Shown: one piece after another, positions 1 to 8,032 of the stretch | How the letters are laid out: the number at the start of each line of letters is the position of its first letter | How positions within the stretch are numbered: the stretch's first letter is position 1 | From: a virus | Taxonomy: Duplodnaviria; Caudoviricetes | Strand: one strand, 5' to 3' | IMG/VR virus record: IMGVR_UViG_3300033518_000149 | Span: 1-30,522 of that record | Length of the DNA: 30,522 nt | Notes under the pieces: generated by a model | What the model was told of the DNA's origin: nothing | The model's database searches: none | Seen by the model: only the letters and a program-made list of their open reading frames with translations | Position numbers and translations under genes: made by a program

Positions 1-597
1 TCCAATCCAATGCCCACAAAATAAATATGCAAAATCCTCTTTCACATTAAAGTCAACCATACATGGTTTTGAATCGGGTTTATATATTTCTGTGTTTGCT
101 CCTTCAAATAATATTTCACTATCACCTGTCCACTCAACATATCCCATTACTTGTTGTGTATTTTGGTCACGTTTTTCAAATTTAGATTTTTTCAATACCT
201 CAATTGAGTGTTTAGAGGAACCAAGTACTAGATTCATACGTTGACATCCTTCAACCCAATCAGCAGGAGCAATAGTTGATTCAATTCCAGCTGTAATTCC
301 AATATTGTATTTCCCAACTTGTTGGAATTCTGATGGGATTGAAATTTGGCACCAAATATCGGGTTGAGCTGTTAGTTGTGGTGTTGGTAATAGATGGGGT
401 ATCAAAAATGCCCATTCAGGATTATCTTGGATAAATCCCATTGGAGTATTTCCCCATCGTTGTGGAATGATTTTTACATCATATTTATCTAATTCTATAA
501 GAGCTTTAACGATATCACGCGAGCGTGCTGAGTATCCACTATAACAGTCTATGGGGCAACTAATTACAAATGTTGGTTTTGTTTCTGGGTGTTTCAT
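1..597 (-). CDS. GT-B (GT4-like) glycosyltransferase, N-terminal part, runs off the left edge
   Basis: Not in the ORF track. Manual translation gives MKHPETKPTFVISCPIDCYSGYSARSRDIVKALIELDKYDVKIIPQRWG...FAYLFCGHWIG, open to the window edge. The SGY..SR N-terminal motif is typical of GT4. The ATG overlaps the HNH stop (ATGA, 594-597). Confidence 0.75.
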   Translation of the reverse strand, partial: MKHPETKPTFVISCPIDCYSGYSARSRDIVKALIELDKYDVKIIPQRWGNTPMGFIQDNPEWAFLIPHLLPTPQLTAQPDIWCQISIPSEFQQVGKYNIGITAGIESTIAPADWVEGCQRMNLVLGSSKHSIEVLKKSKFEKRDQNTQQVMGYVEWTGDSEILFEGANTEIYKPDSKPCMVDFNVKEDFAYLFCGHWIG

Positions 598-1271
598 ATT
601 TTATTACTTTTATTTCTATTTCCTGTAAAATTAGGGTATCCTAAATTTTTTGCTATTTCTGTTGTTTTAAATAAGGGTTGGAGATTGGTATAATGGAAGC
701 ATTCTTTTTGTTGGGTTTCACATGTTAAATCAAAGGAAGCACATGGTTTGATATGATCTATTTCCCAAATTGTACTGTAATTTTCCCAATTCATATTTTT
801 ATTAAATTGTTTCTCTAAATATACTTTAAATTCTTCAATAGAACAACCTAAAAGTTTAATTGTTTTACCTTTTTTGAAGTCTTTTTTAATCGCATTTTTT
901 AACCTATTTCTTAAAATCAATTTAAGAGTCCAAACAATATCAATTTTGTATTTTTGATCATATTCTTCTTTCCTATATTGTTTTCTTGTTTGGATACCTT
1001 TTTCACTTTGTCTATGTTTTTTAGAGTATTCTTTTTGTCTTTCAGGGTTATTTATTTGATATTGTTTAGTATATTCTTTCTTTTTCTCCTTATTTTCAGG
1101 GATGCTCAACCATTTACTCCCATATTTTTTATCACTTTTCTTTTTAGATTCTTTAAATTTTTCTTTTTTACATAACTTACAATATGATTGTAATCCATCC
1201 GTTCTAGATGAGCATTTAAAAAATTCAACATAAAGTTTTATTTCTTTACAATTAGGACACCTTTTTTCCAT
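594..1271 (-). CDS. HNH homing endonuclease, free-standing
   Basis: N-terminal CxxC...CxxC and C-terminal WEIDHIKPC...FHYTNLQPL...GNRNK HNH motif. Paralog of 2488..3126 and 17142..17963. Confidence 0.8.
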   Translation of the reverse strand: MEKRCPNCKEIKLYVEFFKCSSRTDGLQSYCKLCKKEKFKESKKKSDKKYGSKWLSIPENKEKKKEYTKQYQINNPERQKEYSKKHRQSEKGIQTRKQYRKEEYDQKYKIDIVWTLKLILRNRLKNAIKKDFKKGKTIKLLGCSIEEFKVYLEKQFNKNMNWENYSTIWEIDHIKPCASFDLTCETQQKECFHYTNLQPLFKTTEIAKNLGYPNFTGNRNKSNKI

Positions 1272-1389
1272 CTTTAATATGTTTAATAATTAAATTTTCA
1301 ACCAATTTTTGCAATTTTAATCCATTATCATCACAATATTTTTTTAATTGAGTATGGATTTCTTCTTTAATTATAATTGATTTTTTCAT
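1252..1389 (-). CDS. Small ribbon-helix-helix-like protein (45 aa)
   Basis: Not in the ORF track. MKKSIIIKEEIHTQLKKYCDDNGLKLQKLVENLIIKHIKDGKKVS has a strand-helix-G-helix pattern. It follows the ATATGTATAAT motif and overlaps the HNH start. Confidence 0.65.
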   Translation of the reverse strand: MKKSIIIKEEIHTQLKKYCDDNGLKLQKLVENLIIKHIKDGKKVS

Positions 1390-1392
1390 TTT

Positions 1393-1430
1393 ATTATACA
1401 TATTATAAGGGTATATCAAAGTATACCCTT
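1393..1430 (-). promoter_or_regulatory. ATATGTATAAT promoter-like motif with upstream 9-bp inverted repeat
   Basis: Minus strand reads AAGGGTATA-CTTTGA-TATACCCTT-ATA-ATATGTATAAT, just upstream of the RHH start. Confidence 0.55.
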
Positions 1431-1444
1431 TTATAACTTTATTT

Positions 1445-2365
1445 TTAATATAATAATTCGTGATTTAATTCATCTTCTTTAACATCAGCAATATTGATGA
1501 ACTCAAATTTCTCTCGCGGAATCCACGTTGAAAATAATTGATCTATCGCGCTAATTGCTCTTTCTCCCATAATTTTACCTGTAAAACCAGCTTCATTTAA
1601 TGCCCATTCTCTACCTTTTAGACCCAATGATTTTGCTTTTTTTCTTCCAATCCCATATACTTGTTTGATTCTTTCTGCTGCATCCTCTGCATTACATCTA
1701 TCATCCCAAATATATGGTGTTGTTGGGGAACCTTGGATTGAGCGGTTTGTTGGGTATACTGGAAAAGCCCATTCACCATGTTTTCTATATTTACCTGTGT
1801 GGTTTGAAGGTACTGATGGTGATGGGTTAAACCAATTTCCATCTTCATCTTCAAAGCGCATTTGGTCTTGCATACCACCTGTTACATTAGCTATAATTGG
1901 TGTTCCAGCTAGAATAGCCTCCGTTAAAGACAGACCCCATCCTTCGTTTGATGTTAATAAAATTTGGGCATCTGCTAAATTATACAACATATTTAATTCA
2001 TGTGCACCTAATTTTTGTGTTGAAAAATAAATTGCGTTTGGATAGTCCTTGAAGAATAATTTACGTACTGCCTCTAAATCAGTTCCATGTTCCGATACTA
2101 TTTCTGTATGTAAAATAAAAGCACATTTTTCTGCTTTTTCTTTTGGTAAAGTATCTAGAAAATACCTAAATGCAAGCATTGTATCTGGAATTTGTTTTCT
2201 TCTGATGTTTCTAGAGTTAAAAAACAATATAAAGTCTTTTTCCTGTCCTTGAAATAAATTTTTCTTCAATTCAACTAACTCACTATCATCTAGTGGTTTA
2301 AATATATTCTCGTTTAGCCCGTGTGGTACGTAATTTAATAATATTGGGTTTCTACTTTTGCTCAT
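1445..2365 (-). CDS. GT4-like glycosyltransferase, C-terminal half of a split gene
   Basis: YVPHG, RNIRRKQ and EGWGLSLTEA...TPIIANVTGG (GT4 EX7E motif). It lacks the N-terminal Rossmann domain, which is encoded at 3166..3714. Confidence 0.85.
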   Translation of the reverse strand: MSKSRNPILLNYVPHGLNENIFKPLDDSELVELKKNLFQGQEKDFILFFNSRNIRRKQIPDTMLAFRYFLDTLPKEKAEKCAFILHTEIVSEHGTDLEAVRKLFFKDYPNAIYFSTQKLGAHELNMLYNLADAQILLTSNEGWGLSLTEAILAGTPIIANVTGGMQDQMRFEDEDGNWFNPSPSVPSNHTGKYRKHGEWAFPVYPTNRSIQGSPTTPYIWDDRCNAEDAAERIKQVYGIGRKKAKSLGLKGREWALNEAGFTGKIMGERAISAIDQLFSTWIPREKFEFINIADVKEDELNHELLY

Positions 2366-2507
2366 ATAATTTATTTTTTATGTAATCTACTAAAATTTTT
2401 TCCACAAACCTAGCTATTTTAAGATTTTCTTTATCACAATAATTTTTGATTTGTTGGTAGGAATCATCTGGGAGAGTTATGGTTCGTTTAATTTTTGTTG
2501 GGGTCAT
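2352..2507 (-). CDS. Small ribbon-helix-helix-like protein (51 aa)
   Basis: Not in the ORF track. MTPTKIKRTITLPDDSYQQIKNYCDKENLKIARFVEKILVDYIKNKLYEQK shares Q.K.YCD...LK....VE with 1252..1389. It overlaps both the HNH stop and the GT C-half start. Confidence 0.65.
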   Translation of the reverse strand: MTPTKIKRTITLPDDSYQQIKNYCDKENLKIARFVEKILVDYIKNKLYEQK

Positions 2508-3126
2508 ATTTTTTATTTTTATTTCTATTCCCTATATGGTTTGTATATCCAAAATTTTCAGCTATTTCTGTTGTTTTAAATAGTGGTTGTAAATTGGTAT
2601 AATGAAAACATTCTTTCTGTTGGTCCAAATATATTAAATCAAACAAAGCACATGGTTTGATATGATCTATTTCCCAAACAATGGCGTGATTTTCCCATAA
2701 CATTTCAGGTAGAAATTTTGATTCTATATAGTTTTTTAAAAATTCTATAGTACAACCTGTTAATTTAAAAGACGATTCATATTTTCTAACACCTTGAGCT
2801 TTTAATTTTCCTTTTAAAGTGTTTCTTAAATTTAATTTAAGTTTAAATATAATATCATTTTTATATTTCTGTTTATTATATTCATTTACTTTTTCTTTAT
2901 TATCTTGAAACCACTGTTTAGAATAACTTTTAATATTTTCCTTATTTTTTAAATTATATTCTTTAATTTTCTCTAAAATGGTGGATTTGTTAGATTCATA
3001 TCTATTTTTATTATAATCTTTGATATGTTCTTTCTTTAAATTATTATACTCTTTATTACATAATTTACACATATATCTTGTAGAATATTTTTCAAATAAA
3101 TTACCACATTTATTACATTTTATCAT
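2488..3126 (-). CDS. HNH homing endonuclease inserted in the glycosyltransferase gene
   Basis: CxxC pairs and WEIDHIKPC...FHYTNLQPL...GNRNK. Start moved to ATG 3126 (MIKCNKCG), downstream of the promoter motif. Confidence 0.8.
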   Translation of the reverse strand: MIKCNKCGNLFEKYSTRYMCKLCNKEYNNLKKEHIKDYNKNRYESNKSTILEKIKEYNLKNKENIKSYSKQWFQDNKEKVNEYNKQKYKNDIIFKLKLNLRNTLKGKLKAQGVRKYESSFKLTGCTIEFLKNYIESKFLPEMLWENHAIVWEIDHIKPCALFDLIYLDQQKECFHYTNLQPLFKTTEIAENFGYTNHIGNRNKNKKYDPNKN

Positions 3127-3175
3127 ATTATATTTTATTATACATATGATAAAAAGCATTCAAAGTCATGCTTTT
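3118..3175 (-). promoter_or_regulatory. Promoter-like motif with start-codon-sequestering hairpin
   Basis: Perfect 11-bp inverted repeat TTTTATCATAT/ATATGATAAAA covers the HNH ATG. ATATGTATAAT lies at 3137-3147. A second 8-bp repeat is at 3152-3175. Confidence 0.6.
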
Positions 3176-3714
3176 GCATCTAAATCTATAAAAGGAATAT
3201 CATCTAATACCAGCTTATTAACTAATTTTGTTTGTTTAGAGATAGCCATTAACAAATCACAACTTTCATAGAACGATTTATTATATAGTGGGGCAGGCAT
3301 ATCATCCCATATTTGTAAATAAATTATAGGACATTGTTTTCTAATTTCATTTTCCATAGCAAATAACCACTCAAACATGCGGGGGTCCGTTATAAGCATA
3401 ATAGCATCTGGTTTTTCTAATTGTAACATTTGTCTTATAATGTCAGGATTACCATAACCATCAACAGGATATAAAAATACAGATGCATCTTCTATACCAG
3501 CATTTGTGTTTGTATCTGCTGATAAATCAAAACGTTTACCTTTTTCGGGGTGATTGATTGCTCCCGCTACATTTACCCAATTGAAATGATGTGCTGTGTT
3601 TATAACCATTTCTCTTCCAACACAAGCCACCCCAGAATGGACCCTTATATCATCACATATAAGAAGTATTTTTTTACGTTGTTCTTTAGGTAAATAACCA
3701 AATTTTTTATTCAT
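3166..3714 (-). CDS. GT4-like glycosyltransferase, N-terminal half of a split gene
   Basis: KILLICDD...SGVA...EKPDAIML...WDD...DLLMAISKQT is a GT-B N-terminal domain that stops just before the YVPHG strand. Confidence 0.8.
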   Translation of the reverse strand: MNKKFGYLPKEQRKKILLICDDIRVHSGVACVGREMVINTAHHFNWVNVAGAINHPEKGKRFDLSADTNTNAGIEDASVFLYPVDGYGNPDIIRQMLQLEKPDAIMLITDPRMFEWLFAMENEIRKQCPIIYLQIWDDMPAPLYNKSFYESCDLLMAISKQTKLVNKLVLDDIPFIDLDAKA

Positions 3715-3734
3715 ATAACTTTATTTTTGTTTTT

Positions 3735-3764
3735 AATATAATAACTTTTTTTGAATATTCCAAA
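3735..3764 (-). promoter_or_regulatory. TTTG-N20-TATATT promoter-like motif
   Basis: Exact 20-nt spacer. The same arrangement recurs upstream of other gene blocks and resembles the Bacteroidota -33/-7 promoter. Confidence 0.6.
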
Positions 3765-3769
3765 GGTAT

Positions 3770-3964
3770 TTATTCCTCTATTGAAAGATCCATATGGTTG
3801 TGAACCATTCTTCTAAATGTCTCGTCCGTTAGATACAAGTGGATAGCTCGTTCGGATAATTTTTGGAAGCTAAATTTGCGCTTGATACATTCTACTCTAA
3901 AATTTTCAAATAGATCCTTGTCTATTTTTACACTTGTTAGTGTTTGGTTTTTTTCTTGGCTCAT
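3770..3964 (-). CDS. Ribbon-helix-helix-like DNA-binding protein
   Basis: 64 aa; LTSVKIDKDLFENFRVEC...FSFQKLSERAIHLYL fits a strand-helix-helix pattern. Confidence 0.6.
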   Translation of the reverse strand: MSQEKNQTLTSVKIDKDLFENFRVECIKRKFSFQKLSERAIHLYLTDETFRRMVHNHMDLSIEE

Positions 3965-3968
3965 GTTT

Positions 3969-4397
3969 TTATATTATATTTATAAGATATTCTTTTGCTA
4001 ATTTATAATTAGGATTCTTTACTATTTGTTTTATCTGGTGTCCACTTAAAGGGATATCCTTACTATTAATTAAAATGTTTAGTGAAGAATATATTTTTCC
4101 ATTATATTCTACTTTATTTGGGGTTCTTTTAGATATTTTAAATATTTCTCCAATTTCCCACTGTTCTAAAGTAGTTATAATCTCTTTATTTTGTAGAGGA
4201 TGACCCTCTGCTAATAGTTTTTCAATCCAATATGTTTCTTTATCATAAAAGATGTCTAAAATTTTCATTTTTATATCATATCTCCTCAAATGAGATACAT
4301 GATCATAGAATCTTGACTTTGGGCGAGATGATTTACCAATATAAAATATTTCATTTTTATTATCTAACAACCCATATATGTATACTTTAGTCCCCAT
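3969..4397 (-). CDS. Short GIY-YIG endonuclease
   Basis: VYIYGL...FYIGKS...RFYDH...E motif, preceded by ATATGTATAAT at 4420-4430. Confidence 0.7.
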   Translation of the reverse strand: MGTKVYIYGLLDNKNEIFYIGKSSRPKSRFYDHVSHLRRYDIKMKILDIFYDKETYWIEKLLAEGHPLQNKEIITTLEQWEIGEIFKISKRTPNKVEYNGKIYSSLNILINSKDIPLSGHQIKQIVKNPNYKLAKEYLINII

Positions 4398-4431
4398 AAT
4401 TAATTTTTAATATATCCGTATTATACATATA

Positions 4432-4476
4432 TCAGGATATGTCAAAGGTAGCAGAACAATGAAAGGTTTTATGAAA
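4432..4476 (-). pseudogene. Stranded former 3' end of the Cas4-like exonuclease
   Basis: Translates FHKTFHCSATFDIS*, collinear with the current tail FYKCIVCKLTYEK* including the last Cys (TTTCATAAA vs TTTTATAAA). Confidence 0.6.
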
Positions 4477-4486
4477 TTAATATTGG

Positions 4487-5293
4487 TTAAATTTTAAATT
4501 TCCATTTATACCCATAAGCTGTTTTTCTTTTACCATTACATACTAATCCAATTCCCGAATCATGTTTATGATTATTTAGAAAAAAACATGCTTCCATTAT
4601 ACTATCCCATTCTTTTATAAAGTTATTATAGACATCAAATTGAAGGATTGATTTACTATTTGATTGACCAATTTTATTATTCCTTTCACTTCCTCTCTCC
4701 CAATGTTTTCGATTAGATGATTTTAGTTTATCAACAAATCCATCGGGTTGGGGTTTACCTTTATTGTTTTTACTTATGTTTGAAGAATGTTCTTTTGATT
4801 TTTTATATCTCATATTCAATTTAGCATCTTCATTTCTAGGTTTAGACATTTTATTTATAGTATCTTTAGAAAAATTCCTACCTTTTAATTTTTGACTTAT
4901 TTTTTCACATGATTCTTTAGTATATTTTCTTCCTTTATTTGCTTTACTAATTTTTTGCTTAGTTTCTTCAGATAAAGGACCACCTCCATTATCATGAAGG
5001 TTACAAAATAAAACCATTCCCCAATCACCACCAAATTGATCAAGATAATATTGTTTCCAATATGTTTCCCTTTCATTTAGTTGATCTATAGAGCATTCTT
5101 CTATAACTTCATGAATATGGTTTTCCCAAGTATATTTTTGAATTGAATTATGTATTTTTAATTGTCCTCTAATCCTAAGAGTTTTATATGATATTTTTCT
5201 CCTTTCTACATCAATAGACTGCCCAATATAAACTTTACCCTTTGGGTTTGTTATTTTGTATATTCCTATAATAGCGTTGTCTTGACTTTTCAT
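4487..5293 (-). CDS. GIY-YIG homing endonuclease with NUMOD3/NUMOD1-like DNA-binding modules
   Basis: GIYKITNPKGKVYIGQS, SEETKQKISKA repeats, C-terminal FIKEW...GYKWKF. Probable start at ATG 5293. Confidence 0.85.
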   Translation of the reverse strand: MKSQDNAIIGIYKITNPKGKVYIGQSIDVERRKISYKTLRIRGQLKIHNSIQKYTWENHIHEVIEECSIDQLNERETYWKQYYLDQFGGDWGMVLFCNLHDNGGGPLSEETKQKISKANKGRKYTKESCEKISQKLKGRNFSKDTINKMSKPRNEDAKLNMRYKKSKEHSSNISKNNKGKPQPDGFVDKLKSSNRKHWERGSERNNKIGQSNSKSILQFDVYNNFIKEWDSIMEACFFLNNHKHDSGIGLVCNGKRKTAYGYKWKFKI

Positions 5294-5390
5294 CTTCTTG
5301 TTCTTTATTGGTCCAATAATATTTTTTAGATGCTCTAGATTGAGCAATTTTTTTTTCTTCAGGAGAATTATATTTTTTTATACGTCCCAT
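5235..5390 (-). CDS. Small basic protein (51 aa) overlapping the GIY-YIG start
   Basis: Not in the ORF track. MGRIKKYNSPEEKKIAQSRASKKYYWTNKEQEDEKSRQRYYRNIQNNKPKG; its ATG is 5 nt after the ATATGTATAA motif. Confidence 0.55.
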   Translation of the reverse strand: MGRIKKYNSPEEKKIAQSRASKKYYWTNKEQEDEKSRQRYYRNIQNNKPKG

Positions 5391-5446
5391 ATCAGTTATA
5401 CATATTAAATAAATATATAAAAGTCACAAAAAAAGTCACAAAACTA

Positions 5447-6394
5447 TTATTTTTCATATGTCAATTTACAAACAATACATTTATAAAAAGGACACCATTT
5501 ACAATTATCATTTAATTTTGGTTGTAATTCTACTTGTTTGAATCCTTTTTCATCGAATGCTTCTTCTGTGAACTTTTTTATTGATTCTATGGCTCTGTTT
5601 ACTTTTATTTTACCCGATGGAGGGGAAAATTTTTGTATACGTCTAATCACAAAGTCTTCACTTTCTTGTAACTTTCGTTTAACTATGAAAAATTCAATGT
5701 TGATGTTCTCTATTGGAAAGTTATATAGTACAGAAAAATAATATTTGTATAAAATAAGTTGAAATTGTTTGTTTTCGTCTGATTTTGCTTTTTGGTTCCA
5801 TCCTCTAGTGGAGGTTTTCAAGTCTATGATTTGGATTGTGTTTGTTGGCTCGTGGTACATTACTATATCCAGGTATCCCTGGTATAATACATTTGGTAAG
5901 TTTGGGTTGGGTGAGAGTATAATTGGTATCTCACATCCCACTAGATACCATCCACGTTTGGAGAAATGTTTGGTTTTATTTTTGGCAAAGTCTCTTATAA
6001 TTTCAATACCATCGTCAAAGAATTCTCTAAGTTCTGTTGGTGTGCTAAAATGTTGGTTGTTGTTTTTCTTGTATTGAGCTTTATATTCGTTTCGAAGAGC
6101 ATCTTCGAACATTTCATATGTATTTATACGATCTGCTTCTGCTCCACTTTTTTCGTACATTGTTGTTAAGTAATGTTGAATTACCTCATGTATAGCTGTT
6201 CCAAATACAGTGTGGATGGTGGAGGAAAATTGTTTTTGTCCCTCTTTATATTGTAGTGACCATTTTTTTGGACAATCGTTATACATTGAGAGTTGTGAAT
6301 AGGATACTAGTTTTTCACTTGCCCAATCTATATCTCTTTTAATAGCACCTCGGATGTCTTTTACTACTTGGGGTAATTTTTTCTTTTTAGCCAT
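5447..6394 (-). CDS. PD-(D/E)XK exonuclease, Cas4/RecB-like
   Basis: SYSQLSMYNDCP, GTAIHE, GYLD...IIDLKTS, QLILY and C-terminal CKWCPF.....C (split four-Cys cluster). Probable start MAKKKK at 6394. Confidence 0.85.
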   Translation of the reverse strand: MAKKKKLPQVVKDIRGAIKRDIDWASEKLVSYSQLSMYNDCPKKWSLQYKEGQKQFSSTIHTVFGTAIHEVIQHYLTTMYEKSGAEADRINTYEMFEDALRNEYKAQYKKNNNQHFSTPTELREFFDDGIEIIRDFAKNKTKHFSKRGWYLVGCEIPIILSPNPNLPNVLYQGYLDIVMYHEPTNTIQIIDLKTSTRGWNQKAKSDENKQFQLILYKYYFSVLYNFPIENINIEFFIVKRKLQESEDFVIRRIQKFSPPSGKIKVNRAIESIKKFTEEAFDEKGFKQVELQPKLNDNCKWCPFYKCIVCKLTYEK

Positions 6395-6431
6395 AACCTT
6401 AAAAGTAATCAATTAATTGATTAATTGCTTC

Positions 6432-6461
6432 AATATACAAAAACTTTATTAATCTTCCAAA
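6432..6461 (-). promoter_or_regulatory. TTTG-N20-TATATT promoter-like motif
   Basis: Exact match with 20-nt spacer upstream of the exonuclease. Confidence 0.6.
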
Positions 6462-6490
6462 TAATCAATAATTTGATTATTGCTTCCAAT

Positions 6491-6550
6491 GAAAAAGAAA
6501 CCCCCACGATAGCGACGTTGGGGGCTTCACCGTTACAGTTTTATAACGGC
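6491..6550 (-). terminator. Tandem hairpins, the second a Rho-independent terminator
   Basis: GCCGTTATA-AAAC-TGTAACGGT followed by AAGCCCCCAACG-loop-CGTGGGGGTTT-CTTTTT, directly after the stop of 6564..7343. Confidence 0.7.
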
Positions 6551-6563
6551 CCTAAATATTATT

Positions 6564-7343
6564 TTATATTTCTTCTGTTGTTTCTTCACCACCAACTAAA
6601 CCTTCATAATCATCCATTGATAATACTTCACCTTCAGCACTCATATCAATTGCTTTTTCAGCTAAATCATGTAAGTCCATATCAGTTGAGGCATCTTCTC
6701 TAGCAAACTCTAACATACGAATAAATAAGGGAATATCCATTGTAATAGAATCAATTGGATTTTCTTCACCGTCAGTACCTTCTTCTTCATATATAAATGA
6801 TTCTTCAACTTCATCCTTTTCGTTGATATATTTCTCATTTATTCCTTTAAAATCAGTAGTTTTAAGTGCTTGCATAATAGCATAAACAGCATCTTGTTCT
6901 GAGTAATCATATAATTTTGCAAGTGATTTAATGAATTTATTTACTTTATTGATTACTTCTGGGTTAATAGATTCATTCAAATCACTTGATGATTTTACAA
7001 CACCTTTTAATCCAAATAAATCAACAATGTTTTCGAATTTATCATAAAACTCATCTGATTTATCTATTGGTTTATAAATTACTTTAAATGGTTTAATTTT
7101 ATCTGTTGTAGATATTTCGTATTTAACACCTAAAGCATCTAATCGATTTTTAATATCATCCACAATTTTGTTTTCATTTATTTTACCCAAGTAGTGTTCA
7201 TAAGCTATTTCGTAATCTGCTTTTTCACGATCAAAGATATTACCTACCATAGGTAATCCAACAAAATTTTCATCTAATTGTTTTTTATTTTCTGTAACAG
7301 GTACACCTGCTAGGCGTTGCATTTTTTGAAATTCGTTTTCCAT
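6564..7343 (-). CDS. Acidic hypothetical protein, possible internal head protein
   Basis: Repeated (L/I/V)-x-E motifs (VTE, LDE, INE, LNE), N-terminal KMQRLAG, preceded by ATATTTATAAT. Confidence 0.45.
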   Translation of the reverse strand: MENEFQKMQRLAGVPVTENKKQLDENFVGLPMVGNIFDREKADYEIAYEHYLGKINENKIVDDIKNRLDALGVKYEISTTDKIKPFKVIYKPIDKSDEFYDKFENIVDLFGLKGVVKSSSDLNESINPEVINKVNKFIKSLAKLYDYSEQDAVYAIMQALKTTDFKGINEKYINEKDEVEESFIYEEEGTDGEENPIDSITMDIPLFIRMLEFAREDASTDMDLHDLAEKAIDMSAEGEVLSMDDYEGLVGGEETTEEI

Positions 7344-7367
7344 TTTATAATTTTATTATAAATATAA

Positions 7368-7592
7368 TCACTCTTTTATTTTTCCCACTTCTTCAAGAAT
7401 TTTTTTTGTTTTTTGTAAATATAGGATGGAATCCATATGTTCCTCCAAGGCATGGTTAATATAATCTAGTAATTCTAAGTCAGTACGATCTAAAGTACAC
7501 CCATATTTTGCTTTTCCAAATGTTGCTCGTTCAACAAACTTATCTATAACTGAATCTACAATAGAGTCTGTAACCTGTATTTCTCTTTTCAT
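7368..7592 (-). CDS. Small all-alpha protein, possibly MazG-like NTP pyrophosphatase fold
   Basis: G..KYG.TL.R.DL and HALEEHMDSILY (EExxD acidic motif). Confidence 0.4.
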   Translation of the reverse strand: MKREIQVTDSIVDSVIDKFVERATFGKAKYGCTLDRTDLELLDYINHALEEHMDSILYLQKTKKILEEVGKIKE

Positions 7593-8032
7593 TATTTTAA
7601 TATTTTATCTATTGTTTTGTCTTCCATCCCCATTTTATATAAAATACTACGTACTCCATTTTTTTGAAGAATATCAATATATTCATCTGCTTCTCCTAAA
7701 CTGCAATGGAAATATTGAGCTATATAAATCGCTAGCTCTAGGTTCTGTTTTTTCTTTTTAGAACCAATATATTTTAAAAATACTTTACGTTTTGGTATCA
7801 TCTCTCTATAAATTGAATATATTTGTTTTTTATTTTCATATGGGATTCGTTGAACATAATTCGCTAATTCAACATAGTCTGGAGACATTGATATATATTT
7901 GTTGATTAAATAAGAATTGAAGGTTTTTATCTGTTCTTCATTAAATGAATCCCAAGGAGATTTTTTAATAGTTATTTCTTCTAACCAATTAAATATAGTA
8001 AATGGTTTTGATTTCAATTTTTGTATTTCCAT
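7592..8032 (-). CDS. Clamp loader small subunit (T4 gp62-like)
   Basis: FNSYLINKYISM...IPKRKVFLKY...YFHCSLGEADEYIDIL pattern; lies near the AAA+ loader subunit. Confidence 0.65.
   Translation of the reverse strand: MEIQKLKSKPFTIFNWLEEITIKKSPWDSFNEEQIKTFNSYLINKYISMSPDYVELANYVQRIPYENKKQIYSIYREMIPKRKVFLKYIGSKKKKQNLELAIYIAQYFHCSLGEADEYIDILQKNGVRSILYKMGMEDKTIDKILK

Noticed and set aside
1-3714. Glycosyltransferases as hypermodifiers of the 7-deazaguanine base
   Set aside because: They lie more than 17 kb from folE and nothing in the sequence indicates their substrate.
5447-6394. Cas4-like gene as part of a CRISPR system
   Set aside because: No repeat-spacer array or other cas genes in the window; stand-alone Cas4-like exonucleases are common in phage replication modules.
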